Positions 48,471 through 58,093 of a stretch of DNA of 64,000 nt are shown piece by piece. Every line of letters begins with the position of its first letter. The first letter of the stretch is position 1. The notes under the pieces were generated by a model. It did no database searches. It was given only the letters and a program-made list of their open reading frames with translations, and was not told where the DNA came from. The position numbers and the translations under genes are program-made. Source of the DNA: an uncultured bacterium. GTDB taxonomy: Bacteria > Patescibacteriota > Microgenomatia > Levybacterales > UBA12049. The DNA lies in assembly GCA_963826535.1 (NCBI GenBank), contig CAWGXL010000010.1, positions 170,814 to 234,813 of the forward strand, read 5' to 3'.

Positions 48471-49418
48471 ATGATAAGCATAGTAGTACCCGTACTAAAC
48501 GAAGAAGAAAGCCTGGAGCCATTTTATCAAGAGCTCCACAAAATTATACTCGAACTCAAAGTTGATTACGAAATCATCTTTATTGACGACGGATCAACTG
48601 ACAATTCATTGGAAATACTAAAAAAGTTATTCAAAGTCAATGACAAAATAAGGATATTTTCCTTCAGGAGAAATTTAGGAAAATCCGAAGCTCTCAGCTT
48701 AGGTTTTATAAAAGCCAAAGGAGATTTTATTATCACCCTCGATGCAGATCTACAAGATAAACCCTCGGAAATACCCAAGCTTCTGCGCATTGCTAAAGAT
48801 GGAATTGATGTGGTATCCGGATGGAGAAAAAACAGAAAAGACAAATCCCGCATGTTGATTATTTCCCGTTTATTTAATTTTTTAATGGGAATGCTATTCA
48901 ATCTTCATCTACATGATTATAATTGCGGAATAAAGTTATATACCAGAGATGCTGCCAAAAGCCTGCGTCTGTACGGAGGGCTTCACCGTTTTATTCCTCT
49001 TCTGGCTTACGAACAAGGATTTACCGTAGATGAAGTGATAGTTGAACATGCGTCAAGAAAGTATGGCAAATCAAAGTATAATTTTTCCAAACTCTGGAAA
49101 GACGTACCCGATATGTTTACAATGCTGTTTCTTGTAAAATATGGCAAACGCCCTTTACATTTTTTTGGTATTGTTGGAGGAGTATTAACACTAATCGGAT
49201 TTATTGTACTAGGTTACTTAGCTGTCCTTCGCTTTTCAGGAGAAACGATTGGTAATCGGCCTCTACTATTTTTTGGTATGTTACTTCTACTTGCCGGATT
49301 CCAAATATTTTTTACAGGATTCCTTGCAGATCTGATGATTAACATTTCTCATAATCCAAAATTTCTCAATGAAGAGAACCCTCATTATCCTATTAAATAC
49401 GCCAGCGAAAAATTATGA
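48471..49418 (+). CDS. Undecaprenyl-phosphate glycosyltransferase (ArnC/GtrB-like GT2)
   Basis: VPVLNEE, DDGSTD, RNLGKS, DADLQD.P, VSGWR, HRFIP; two C-terminal TMs. Confidence 0.9.
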   Translation: MISIVVPVLNEEESLEPFYQELHKIILELKVDYEIIFIDDGSTDNSLEILKKLFKVNDKIRIFSFRRNLGKSEALSLGFIKAKGDFIITLDADLQDKPSEIPKLLRIAKDGIDVVSGWRKNRKDKSRMLIISRLFNFLMGMLFNLHLHDYNCGIKLYTRDAAKSLRLYGGLHRFIPLLAYEQGFTVDEVIVEHASRKYGKSKYNFSKLWKDVPDMFTMLFLVKYGKRPLHFFGIVGGVLTLIGFIVLGYLAVLRFSGETIGNRPLLFFGMLLLLAGFQIFFTGFLADLMINISHNPKFLNEENPHYPIKYASEKL

Positions 49419-49993
49419 TTATCGGAATTGATATTTCCCAAATGGCTTATGAGAATACTGGAGTGGCAAACTATTTAGAAAGTCTAATAAAAAGTTTATT
49501 TGCAAAAGATGATAAAAATGAATATATATTATTTTTCTCATCTTTAAGACGAACTATTCATTTTTCATCTGATTTAATAGGGACTCAATCAAATCACAAA
49601 GTTTCGATTAAGCAATTTAAAATCCCTCCATTTTTTTTAGATATCCTTTGGAACAAACTTCACATTTTCCCTATAGAATGGTTCATTGGTAATGTAGACA
49701 TATTTATTTCCTCAGACTGGACAGAGCCGCCTACAAGGAAAGCAAAAAAAGTTACAATATTATATGATTTTATTATATTTAAACACCCGGAAGAAACGCA
49801 TAATATAACAGAGTTTAAAGTAAAAAAGTTAATTCTTTCACCAAATATTGTGGCTATTCAGAAAAGAAAATTACTTTGGATGAAAAAGGAATGCAAACTT
49901 ATCATTTGTATTTCAGAGTCTACAAAGCGGGATGCAATAGAGATGCTAGGTATTGAAGAAAAACGGTTGAAAGTAATTTATCCCGGAGTTTAA
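49415..49993 (+). CDS. Stand-alone N-terminal (acceptor) domain of a GT4
   Basis: IGIDIS..TGVANY, ISESTKRD, ends at VIYPGV*; no C-terminal Rossmann domain. Confidence 0.75.
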   Translation: MIIGIDISQMAYENTGVANYLESLIKSLFAKDDKNEYILFFSSLRRTIHFSSDLIGTQSNHKVSIKQFKIPPFFLDILWNKLHIFPIEWFIGNVDIFISSDWTEPPTRKAKKVTILYDFIIFKHPEETHNITEFKVKKLILSPNIVAIQKRKLLWMKKECKLIICISESTKRDAIEMLGIEEKRLKVIYPGV

Positions 49994-49997
49994 TTCT

Positions 49998-51179
49998 ATG
50001 ATTATAGGTATTGATGGAAATGAGGCAAATGTAACAAATAAAGTAGGCATAAGCGAATTTGCTTTCCAACTTCTTTTGCAATTTTCAAATCTAAAAAGCT
50101 CAAAATTTAATATATACTTAAAAAGTAAACCAAAAGATGACTTGCCTAAGCCGGACAATAATTGGCAATATAGAACTGTAACTCCCGGAAAACTCTGGAC
50201 TCAATGGCGACTGCCGCTGGATTTATATTTACATCAGCCGAGGCCAAATGTTTTTTTCAGCCCGACACATTATGCCCCTAGATTCTCTCCTGTCCCCACA
50301 GTTATTTCCATTATGGATTTGTCTTATCTTTATTTCCCTAAAATGTTTAAAAAATCTGATTTATATCAACTTCGAAGTTGGACATCCTACTCCGCAAAAA
50401 AGGCACAAAGAGTCTTAACCATAAGCAACTCAAGCAAGTTTGCTATAATCAAAGAATATAAAATACCTGAGGATAAGGTGATAGTCGTTTACCCGGGTAT
50501 CAAGCCTGCCCGCCTGCCTGCCGGTCAGGCAGGTCCGGCAGGCGGGCCAACTGTTTACCGGGAGCCGAAGGTTTTATCTATGAATACAGTAAAAGCGAAA
50601 TACGGTATAAGTGATAAATTTATTCTCTTTGTAGGTACATTACAGCCGAGGAAAAACATTGTCAGATTAATAGAAGCGTTCGCAAAAGTCTTATCCCAGG
50701 AAAAAATACCTAAAAATCTTCAATTGTTAATTGTCGGCAAAAAAGGTTGGTTATACGAAGAAATATTGAGAAAGCCAAAAGAATTAGGTATTGAGGAAAA
50801 AGTAAAATTTCTTGACTTTGTCTCCGATGACGAATTAGCAGTTCTCTACAATAATGCTTTATGTTTCATTCTCCCGAGCCTATATGAAGGTTTTGGGCTT
50901 CCGGTATTAGAAGCTATGAAGCACGGATGTCCGGTTATCACAAGTAATGTATCAAGTCTTCCCGAAGCTGGCGGTGACGCTGCAATTTACATAGACCCGG
51001 AAGATATAAATGATCTTACAGAAAAAATCCTAAAACTTATAACCAATGAAAAATTACGCCAGGAATTAATCGAAAAAGGTAAGAAGCAGGCAGCGAAGTT
51101 TAGTTGGGAGAAAACAGCCACGGAAACTTTAAAAGTATTAGAAGAGGTTGGTTCCTTGTCTTCCCGACCGAAGCGATAG
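49998..51179 (+). CDS. GT4 glycosyltransferase with a 14-aa palindrome-derived insert
   Basis: GTLQPRKN, PSLYEGFGLPVLEAM, SSLPE. Confidence 0.9.
   Translation: MIIGIDGNEANVTNKVGISEFAFQLLLQFSNLKSSKFNIYLKSKPKDDLPKPDNNWQYRTVTPGKLWTQWRLPLDLYLHQPRPNVFFSPTHYAPRFSPVPTVISIMDLSYLYFPKMFKKSDLYQLRSWTSYSAKKAQRVLTISNSSKFAIIKEYKIPEDKVIVVYPGIKPARLPAGQAGPAGGPTVYREPKVLSMNTVKAKYGISDKFILFVGTLQPRKNIVRLIEAFAKVLSQEKIPKNLQLLIVGKKGWLYEEILRKPKELGIEEKVKFLDFVSDDELAVLYNNALCFILPSLYEGFGLPVLEAMKHGCPVITSNVSSLPEAGGDAAIYIDPEDINDLTEKILKLITNEKLRQELIEKGKKQAAKFSWEKTATETLKVLEEVGSLSSRPKR
50505..50546. repeat. Two nested 21-bp palindromic elements inserted in frame
   Basis: CCTGCCCG[CCTGCCTG-CCGGT-CAGGCAGG]TCCGGCAGGCGGG, encoding PARLPAGQAGPAGG. 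Confidence 0.8.
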
Positions 51180-51260
51180 CGTAGTGGAGGAATCTCACAC
51201 CACAAAGTAGCTTAGGTGGTATGAGATTCCTCGACTCCCTTTCAGTCGCTCGGAATGACA
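51157..51260. repeat. 104-bp REP/MITE-like hairpin element
   Basis: Outer arms TGTCTTCCCGACCGA/TCGCTCGGAATGACA (12/15 match); inner arms GAGGAATCTCACACCA/TGGTATGAGATTCCTC (15/16 match). Confidence 0.8.
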
Positions 51261-51272
51261 AATATTTAATTT

Positions 51273-51866
51273 ATGGTAGACAAAACAGGTAAAAATCTTA
51301 CAACTGAAGAAATTAGGCAAAAGGCATCAAATAGATTAAATACTATTCTCCTTGAATTTCAAGTTTTTCTTCTACATATTGTTGGATTATTGCCCTCCCA
51401 TGATCTTCGCAGATTTTTCTACCGTTTAGCCGGTATCGAAATAGGAAAAGGGAGTACGATCCATACGGGAGCCAGATTCTATAACCCTGCTAATATAAAA
51501 ATAGGACAAGATACTATAATTGGCGAAAATGCTGTACTTGACGGACGCGATAAATTAGTTATCGGTTCGCATGTCGGCATAGCAACTGATGTTATGATTT
51601 ATAATTCTGAACATGATATTGAAAGCGATAATTTTCTCGCAATTCACAAACCTGTATTGCTCGGAGATTATATATTTATCGGGCCAAGGGCTATTATCCT
51701 GCCTGGAGTAACTATTGGCAGAGGAGCGGTTATAGCTGCAGGTGCAGTTGTAACCAAAAACGTAGACCCGTTTCAAATTGTTGCCGGTATTCCTGCAAAA
51801 GTAATAGGAGAAAGAAGCCGCAAGGATTTACACTACAAATTAGGAAGGGCAGCATGGTTTCGTTAG
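51273..51866 (+). CDS. Hexapeptide-repeat (LbH) O-acyltransferase
   Basis: IGKGSTI, IGQDTII, IGPRAIILPGVTIGRGAVIAAGAVVTK, GIPAK. Confidence 0.9.
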   Translation: MVDKTGKNLTTEEIRQKASNRLNTILLEFQVFLLHIVGLLPSHDLRRFFYRLAGIEIGKGSTIHTGARFYNPANIKIGQDTIIGENAVLDGRDKLVIGSHVGIATDVMIYNSEHDIESDNFLAIHKPVLLGDYIFIGPRAIILPGVTIGRGAVIAAGAVVTKNVDPFQIVAGIPAKVIGERSRKDLHYKLGRAAWFR

Positions 51867-51892
51867 TTTTGTTGAATCGCTTACCGGCTATA

Positions 51893-51913
51893 GCCCTGAG
51901 CCAAGTCGAAGGG
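51893..51913. repeat. 21-bp REP-like half element
   Basis: GCCCTGAGCCAAGTCGAAGGG, a GC-rich imperfect palindrome in an AT-rich spacer. Confidence 0.5.
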
Positions 51914-51934
51914 TTCAGTTAAAAATCTGTCAAT

Positions 51935-54691
51935 ATGAAAAAGTTATTACATTTTTACGATAACTACGCTTTAAAAATAGGTATCGCATTTTTAATAATT
52001 TTTACAGCTCTATACCCGAAGTTACCCAGCGTGCATATCATCAGAACTTGGGTATACATCCGGCTCGAGGATTTTTTTATTCTGGCTATAGTCATTTTAT
52101 GGATAATACAACTTCTAAGAAGAAAGATAAATTTACCCATTGCCGTGAGTATTCCGATAGCAGTCTATTGGCTAATTGGATTTTTATTGCTTATTTTCTC
52201 GATAATCTACATCGGCCCCTATTTAACAAATTTTTTTCCTCACGTCGCAGCTTTTAATTATTTTCGAAGAATAGAATATATGATCCTCTTCTTTGTAGCT
52301 CTTTCCACAGTTAGAAGTATTAAAGATGTTCGTGACTATACTATTATACTTTCGCTGACCACGCTTGGCGTGGTTTTATACGGATTTGGACAGAGATTCT
52401 ATTTGGACTTATGGACCAGGTTCCCCGCTTTTTTTCAACAAAATTCCTTTTGTTTCCCCTCATTTCAGACAGGAAATGAAGAATTCGCCAAAGGCATGCC
52501 ATTGTGTCTCCAAAAGGCCGCAAGACTTACCTCAACATTTGGCGGACATTACGACCTTGCCGCTTACCTCGTACTTGTAATACCGATTCTATTAACAGTC
52601 GCTTTAAGTGTAAAAAAACTCTCAATCCGCATTCTCACTTTCCTTTTATTTCTAGGTAATCTGATTTTACTTATTTTCACCTCTTCCAGGATCTCATTCA
52701 TCTCATATCTCGCGGCAGTAATATTTGCTCTGATTTTTTATAAAAAGAAATTATTTATCATTCCAATAATCATTATAAGTGTCGTTTTGTTGGTTATATT
52801 TAGCGAATCAACAGCCAAACGCTTATTAGCAACGTTTAGACTAAGCTCGGTCGTGACAAATATGCAAGGACAATTAATAGGCTTAGCGCCGGCAAATTTG
52901 TCTCCTGAACTACAGAAAAAACTAAATGAAAACCAAACACAAACGCAGTTACAAACTCTACCATTTGGATCCGGCTACTTAGGCTTGCCACAAAAAGCTG
53001 TACCTGTTGCTACAAGTGTTGCGGTCGTCAACAAAACCCTTACCCCGGAAGAAATACGAAGACTAAAATTGCAGAGTGGAAGTCTCGAATTGTCTACGAT
53101 TTCAGGTAGCTTTCTAATCCGCAAAGTGCTTGTCTATGATATCTCTTTTACAACAAGATTTCAGGCAGAATGGCCAAACGCCTGGAATGCATTCCTTAGG
53201 AATCCGGTATTAGGCAGCGGCTATTCAACTATTACACTAGCAACTGACAATGATTACTTCCGCGCGCTGGGAGAAACAGGATTGCTTGGGCTTCTCTCAT
53301 TCTTATCTATTTTTCTAATACTCGGAATCACTCTAAAAGAAATTAGCCCTTCTATAAATAAACCGCTTATCAAAGCATTCGTCTTCGGTCTTGCCGGTGG
53401 TACGATCGGCCTTATGATTAACGCGATGCTCATTGATGTATTTGAAGCCTCAAAAGTAGCTGAAAACTTATGGATATTACTCGGAATAGGGACAGGAGGA
53501 TTACTCCTTTTCAAAAAGAAAACTGTACCGTATTGGCAGATACTAAAAAAAGTTTTTACATCAAACATATTTATTTCCATTTATTTATTCGTGCTTATTT
53601 TGACCGTCTACCTGGGAAGTATAAATAATTTCTTTGTAGCCGACGATTTTACTTTATTGCGTGAAGGAGCCTCATCTTCAACAGGTGATTTCGTGAAATA
53701 CTTTACGGATTCTCAAAATAACATTTATGCGCCGATAGCCAAAATAATTGTTTTTTTGCTATATACTCTTTTCTCTTTCCAGCCCCAAGGCTATCATGTA
53801 TTTATTTTATTCTTACATTTCGCGGCCACTTTAGGAGTTTTCTTTCTCGCTCAAAAATTATTGAAAAAAAGATTATTGGCGTTTCTTTCAGCGCTTGTCT
53901 TTTTAGTGTATCCGGTTAGCGGTACTTTTATCTTCTGGTTTTCAACTATTTCAGTGACTCTCGCTACAATTTTTTGTATTTATGCTTTAATCAGTTTCAT
54001 CAAATTTAAAGAAAGCAAATCACGCACCGCCTATATTTTTACGTTTATATTCGCAGTTTTTGCCTTCCTATCACACGAACTCTCTCTGATTTTACCGTTT
54101 CTCTTAATTGCCTGTGACTTATTTCTCTTCAAACAAAAAAGAATTAGTAGAAGATTGCTTATTTACTTGCCGTTTTTTATCCTCATACCTATTTATCTTA
54201 TTATTCTCTATCTTACCCACGCGTCTCCTTATATTCCACATTTAAGCTTAGTTTACCCTGCATCAATCGGCTTAAGTATAATCACAATTGTCATTTTAGA
54301 TATAATTAGCAATTTTCTCACAAAAAATAGAGGATCAATGTCAACTCTGCCATTAATAGTACTTACAATAGTAATTTTAATTGCCTCCTACATTGAAATA
54401 CAAAAACAAAATAATACTTGGCAAAAAGATGGAAATATCACCAAAAATATATTAACTGATCTAAGGGTAGATTATGAAGGATTTAGTAAATCAACAAATG
54501 TATATTTTGTCAATGTACCGATTCAGACCGGCTTAGCAGATAGTTTATGGTTTATCTATCAAAATAATAACCCTGTTGTCCACCAGGCATCAAGCGTTGA
54601 TGAGGCAAAAATGCATATTTTAAATAACAATAAAGTTGATAATTATATTTTTATTATCCAAAAAGATGGAAGAATAAAAGAAGCAGAATGA
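51935..54691 (+). CDS. Fusion of an O-antigen ligase/Wzy-like domain and a GT-C (TMTC-like) domain
   Basis: N-half: IRLED, STFGGHYDL, NPVLGSGY..TDNDYFRALGETG. C-half: NNFFVADDF, Y.P, GYH, SHE. Confidence 0.78.
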   Translation: MKKLLHFYDNYALKIGIAFLIIFTALYPKLPSVHIIRTWVYIRLEDFFILAIVILWIIQLLRRKINLPIAVSIPIAVYWLIGFLLLIFSIIYIGPYLTNFFPHVAAFNYFRRIEYMILFFVALSTVRSIKDVRDYTIILSLTTLGVVLYGFGQRFYLDLWTRFPAFFQQNSFCFPSFQTGNEEFAKGMPLCLQKAARLTSTFGGHYDLAAYLVLVIPILLTVALSVKKLSIRILTFLLFLGNLILLIFTSSRISFISYLAAVIFALIFYKKKLFIIPIIIISVVLLVIFSESTAKRLLATFRLSSVVTNMQGQLIGLAPANLSPELQKKLNENQTQTQLQTLPFGSGYLGLPQKAVPVATSVAVVNKTLTPEEIRRLKLQSGSLELSTISGSFLIRKVLVYDISFTTRFQAEWPNAWNAFLRNPVLGSGYSTITLATDNDYFRALGETGLLGLLSFLSIFLILGITLKEISPSINKPLIKAFVFGLAGGTIGLMINAMLIDVFEASKVAENLWILLGIGTGGLLLFKKKTVPYWQILKKVFTSNIFISIYLFVLILTVYLGSINNFFVADDFTLLREGASSSTGDFVKYFTDSQNNIYAPIAKIIVFLLYTLFSFQPQGYHVFILFLHFAATLGVFFLAQKLLKKRLLAFLSALVFLVYPVSGTFIFWFSTISVTLATIFCIYALISFIKFKESKSRTAYIFTFIFAVFAFLSHELSLILPFLLIACDLFLFKQKRISRRLLIYLPFFILIPIYLIILYLTHASPYIPHLSLVYPASIGLSIITIVILDIISNFLTKNRGSMSTLPLIVLTIVILIASYIEIQKQNNTWQKDGNITKNILTDLRVDYEGFSKSTNVYFVNVPIQTGLADSLWFIYQNNNPVVHQASSVDEAKMHILNNNKVDNYIFIIQKDGRIKEAE

Positions 54692-56148
54692 AAAAAATTC
54701 ACACTATAATACTTATATTAATACTAGCAGGTGCTTTTATTGTTCGTTTACACGGATTTTATAATCCAATAGCCGACTGGCATGCTTGGCGTCAAGCTGA
54801 TACTTCCGCAGTATCAAGAAATTTCATCAATAACGGCTTTGACCTGCTACACCCCAGATTTGATGACCTTTCCAATGTGCCATCCGGTAAAGATAATCCT
54901 CAAGGCTATCGTTTTGTAGAATTTCCGATATATAATATATTCCAAGCCTTTTTCTACAAAGAATTCGGCATTTTCTCACTTGAGCAATGGGGCAGACTCG
55001 TTACGATCATCTCTTCATTGCTTTCAATTATTTTTATTTATCTCATCGTAAAAAAATATGCTGATGATATCTCAGCTATTTTTGCGGCATTTTTCTTTGC
55101 TTTTTTACCGTACAACATATATTACGGAAGGACAATCCTCCCGGACACTATGATGGCAATGTCAATACTTGGAGGAATTTATTTCTTTGATAAATGGTTA
55201 GATAGGATTATTCCTAGACCAATTACCAGGGTGTGGATAACTAGCGCGGCAATATTTACAGCCTCCGCCTTACTTCTCAAACCTTATGCAATTTTTTTCA
55301 CCTTACCCATGATATATCTAGCCTTTTATAAATTAGGCATAGGTTTTGTGAAAAAGTGGCAGCTTTGGATTTTCTTGGTTCTAGCTATCACACCGTTAAT
55401 ATTATGGCGAATATGGATGACTTATTTTCCTGAAGGAATTCCTGCCAGTGAATGGCTTCTAAACGGAGGCAATATCCGATTCAAAGGTTCGTTTTTCTAC
55501 TGGATTTTTGCCGATAGAATTGGCAGGCTCATGTTAGGATATTGGGGACTCATAATTTTTAGTGCTGGAATTTTGGCAATAGGGCGAAAAAAATTACTTA
55601 GTAAGAATTTATTTTTCTTAACTTTTCTACTTTCCTCGCTATTATATATTGTAGTTTTTGCCAGAGGCAATGTGCAACATGACTATTATCAAATACTTAT
55701 TGCCCCAACTATCGCAATTTTTCTCGGACTTGGCAGCGGGTTTCTTCTTACCCTCCCCAAGGAATATTTCCACCGCAGTGTAGGGTTTATTCTTCTTTGT
55801 ATTAGTGCTATTTTTACCATACTTTTCGGTTGGTATTTTGTTCGTGATTATTTCAATATCAACAATCCTTCAATTGTTGTGGCAGGGGAAGCTGTAGACA
55901 AGCTAATTCCTAAAAACGCGAAAGTTATCGCCATACTTCATGGATCTGAAGGAGATACAACGTTTTTATATCATACAAACCGAAAGGGTTGGACAAGTTT
56001 CCAAAATCCTCTTCCGGAAATGACAACAAAGGGTGCGGATTATCTGATTTTTGCCAACCCTACAATAGAAGATCAAAATTTCAAAAAAAACTATAAATTA
56101 GTCACCTCAACTCCCGAATATATTATTTTTGATTTGCACAAAAAATGA
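54688..56148 (+). CDS. GT-C fold glycosyltransferase (PMT_2/GT39-like)
   Basis: DWHAWRQADT, EFPIYN, R.ILPD, LLKP, HDYYQ. Confidence 0.85.
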   Translation: MKKIHTIILILILAGAFIVRLHGFYNPIADWHAWRQADTSAVSRNFINNGFDLLHPRFDDLSNVPSGKDNPQGYRFVEFPIYNIFQAFFYKEFGIFSLEQWGRLVTIISSLLSIIFIYLIVKKYADDISAIFAAFFFAFLPYNIYYGRTILPDTMMAMSILGGIYFFDKWLDRIIPRPITRVWITSAAIFTASALLLKPYAIFFTLPMIYLAFYKLGIGFVKKWQLWIFLVLAITPLILWRIWMTYFPEGIPASEWLLNGGNIRFKGSFFYWIFADRIGRLMLGYWGLIIFSAGILAIGRKKLLSKNLFFLTFLLSSLLYIVVFARGNVQHDYYQILIAPTIAIFLGLGSGFLLTLPKEYFHRSVGFILLCISAIFTILFGWYFVRDYFNINNPSIVVAGEAVDKLIPKNAKVIAILHGSEGDTTFLYHTNRKGWTSFQNPLPEMTTKGADYLIFANPTIEDQNFKKNYKLVTSTPEYIIFDLHKK

Positions 56149-57074
56149 CCGTCACATTATCAATCATCATTCTCAACTACAACACAAAAAAATTAACCTT
56201 AGAAGCCATAAAATCAATTGATAAAAATTACCCAAAGGAAACCCAGTCAGGCGAATACGAAGTAATAGTCGCAGATAATGCCTCTCCCGACGACTCCCTT
56301 GCAGCTTTTCTGGAATATAAAAAGAACACAAAAATCAAATCATTTATTGTGTTGGATAATAAGAAAAATCTTGGCTACTCCAAAGGCAATAACCAAGCCG
56401 TTGCTCATGCGCATGGAAGCTATATTTTATTCCTCAATCCCGATACCATTGTTCCACCTGATACATTATCTTTTATGCTGGTATTTATTGAAAACCATCC
56501 CAAAGCCGGAGCAGCAACATGTAAAATTATTTCACCCGATGGAGAACTTGACCCCAATTGCCTAAGAGGTTTTCCAACACCTTGGAACGCCTTCTGTCAT
56601 TTCTCTGGGCTGGGGAAACTTTTTCCGCATGTCCCTTTATTTGCCGGCTATTTACAATCAGGATGGAGAGACACGGAAAAGACACAAGAAATTGACGCAA
56701 TCGAAGGAGCATTCATGTTAGTTCCTAGAAAAGTAGGAGAAAAAATAGGCTGGATGGACGAAGACTATTTCTTTTACGGTGAAGACCTCCAATTTTGTTT
56801 TAATATTAACAAAGAAGGCTACAAAATTTATTACGTCCCCTCTGTTACCATCACTCATTACGGCGGAGCTTCAAGTGGTATAAAAAAACAATCCGAAAAT
56901 ATTACTACTGCCGATATAGATTTAAAAAAGAAAGTACAAGGTCACCGCTTCGACGCCATGCGAATTTTTTTTAAGAAAAACTATTCCCACAAATACCCCA
57001 AACCCTTCAGCTGGTTCATTCTCTTAGTTATTAACTTTCTCTACAAAAAAAATCTCCAGAATATCTCTTCATAG
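56145..57074 (+). CDS. GT2 glycosyltransferase (WbbL-like)
   Basis: LNYNT, DNAS.D, NLGYSKGNN, LNPDT, GAFM, DEDYFFYGED, HYGG.S. Confidence 0.9.
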   Translation: MTVTLSIIILNYNTKKLTLEAIKSIDKNYPKETQSGEYEVIVADNASPDDSLAAFLEYKKNTKIKSFIVLDNKKNLGYSKGNNQAVAHAHGSYILFLNPDTIVPPDTLSFMLVFIENHPKAGAATCKIISPDGELDPNCLRGFPTPWNAFCHFSGLGKLFPHVPLFAGYLQSGWRDTEKTQEIDAIEGAFMLVPRKVGEKIGWMDEDYFFYGEDLQFCFNINKEGYKIYYVPSVTITHYGGASSGIKKQSENITTADIDLKKKVQGHRFDAMRIFFKKNYSHKYPKPFSWFILLVINFLYKKNLQNISS

Positions 57075-57114
57075 ATATCCAACACTGTTTTATTCACTTA
57101 ATCTCCTAAACGTA

Positions 57115-58020
57115 TTAACCTATTTTAGTATTGCAAGAATCAAGAACCTCATTTTGTTTTAGTCTTACAGTTTCTCTACTCATTTTTAGATCCTTACCGA
57201 TACTAGGATGAGTCCTGTTTTCAACAAATCGCTCATGCATTATAAATCTCTCTATATCAGATGAATGTTCGAGTATGTCTTCCATCACACCTGCCACCTC
57301 GATACGAAGAACCCCGTTAAATGTAGGATCATTCGGAACAAATTCTTGATCTTCGTGAAGCAAGTGTGGATTTTTTCGTATGATATAAGCTTTCAATGCG
57401 TTTTTACTAATACGATTTTTTTCACTGGTATCATCTGATATTGCCTCAATTGTATCTTTGCCTATATCACTAACCGACTGATCTATATCATGAAAGATTC
57501 TTCTTTTTATCCAATGAACTGGTACTCCAAACTCTTTTAAATAAAAATAACCTACAGCCCCAAGTGTAAAATTACTCACCTGAATGTTAATTGGGGTTTG
57601 CTCATTAAATTTTTTTGCTTTTTCATTTACTTTGTCTAATACATCCTGAACTAAATCACTGTTCACATTTATATCGTCTGAAAGATATGGTTTAATCACA
57701 CCAAGAATTGTCTTTAAATTAACCGCGATAAACACCTGCTTACCCATTCCGGATATTTTTGGATCATCGCTAGTTATTGCTTCTTTTGCTTTTTTATTAA
57801 CCCCGGCAGATACATGTTTTGGTAGCTTTTCTGCAAACTGTGAATATAAATCAAAAAGTGATACATCTGCTCTGTGTTGAGCCATATATTCCTTATAGGT
57901 TTTATTATAAACACGGGCTATACTTGTGCTTGCGTCTTCCAAGCTCATTTTTTTTAAGTCGAAATTTTTTAATTCTATTTCAGCAGGATTTTGTCCATGT
58001 CCCAAAGCTTCTTTAATCAT
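57115..58020 (-). CDS. Degenerate sigma-70 (RpoD-like) protein
   Basis: IAVNLKTILGVIKPY (region 2.1-like), DLVQD (2.2), VPVH, RF..NRTHPSIGKDLKMSRETVR (region 4 HTH). Confidence 0.65.
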   Translation of the reverse strand: MIKEALGHGQNPAEIELKNFDLKKMSLEDASTSIARVYNKTYKEYMAQHRADVSLFDLYSQFAEKLPKHVSAGVNKKAKEAITSDDPKISGMGKQVFIAVNLKTILGVIKPYLSDDINVNSDLVQDVLDKVNEKAKKFNEQTPINIQVSNFTLGAVGYFYLKEFGVPVHWIKRRIFHDIDQSVSDIGKDTIEAISDDTSEKNRISKNALKAYIIRKNPHLLHEDQEFVPNDPTFNGVLRIEVAGVMEDILEHSSDIERFIMHERFVENRTHPSIGKDLKMSRETVRLKQNEVLDSCNTKIG

Positions 58021-58026
58021 AGCAAT

Positions 58027-58087
58027 ATTCTACTATAAGACATATGCAATCACAACACTTTATACTTTTTGATTTATTCTTTATACT
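58027..58087. promoter_or_regulatory. Divergent leaderless promoters
   Basis: TAGAAT (minus, 58027-58032) lies 6 nt before ATG 58020; TATACT (plus, 58082-58087) lies 6 nt before ATG 58094. Confidence 0.6.
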
Positions 58088-58093
58088 ATACAC

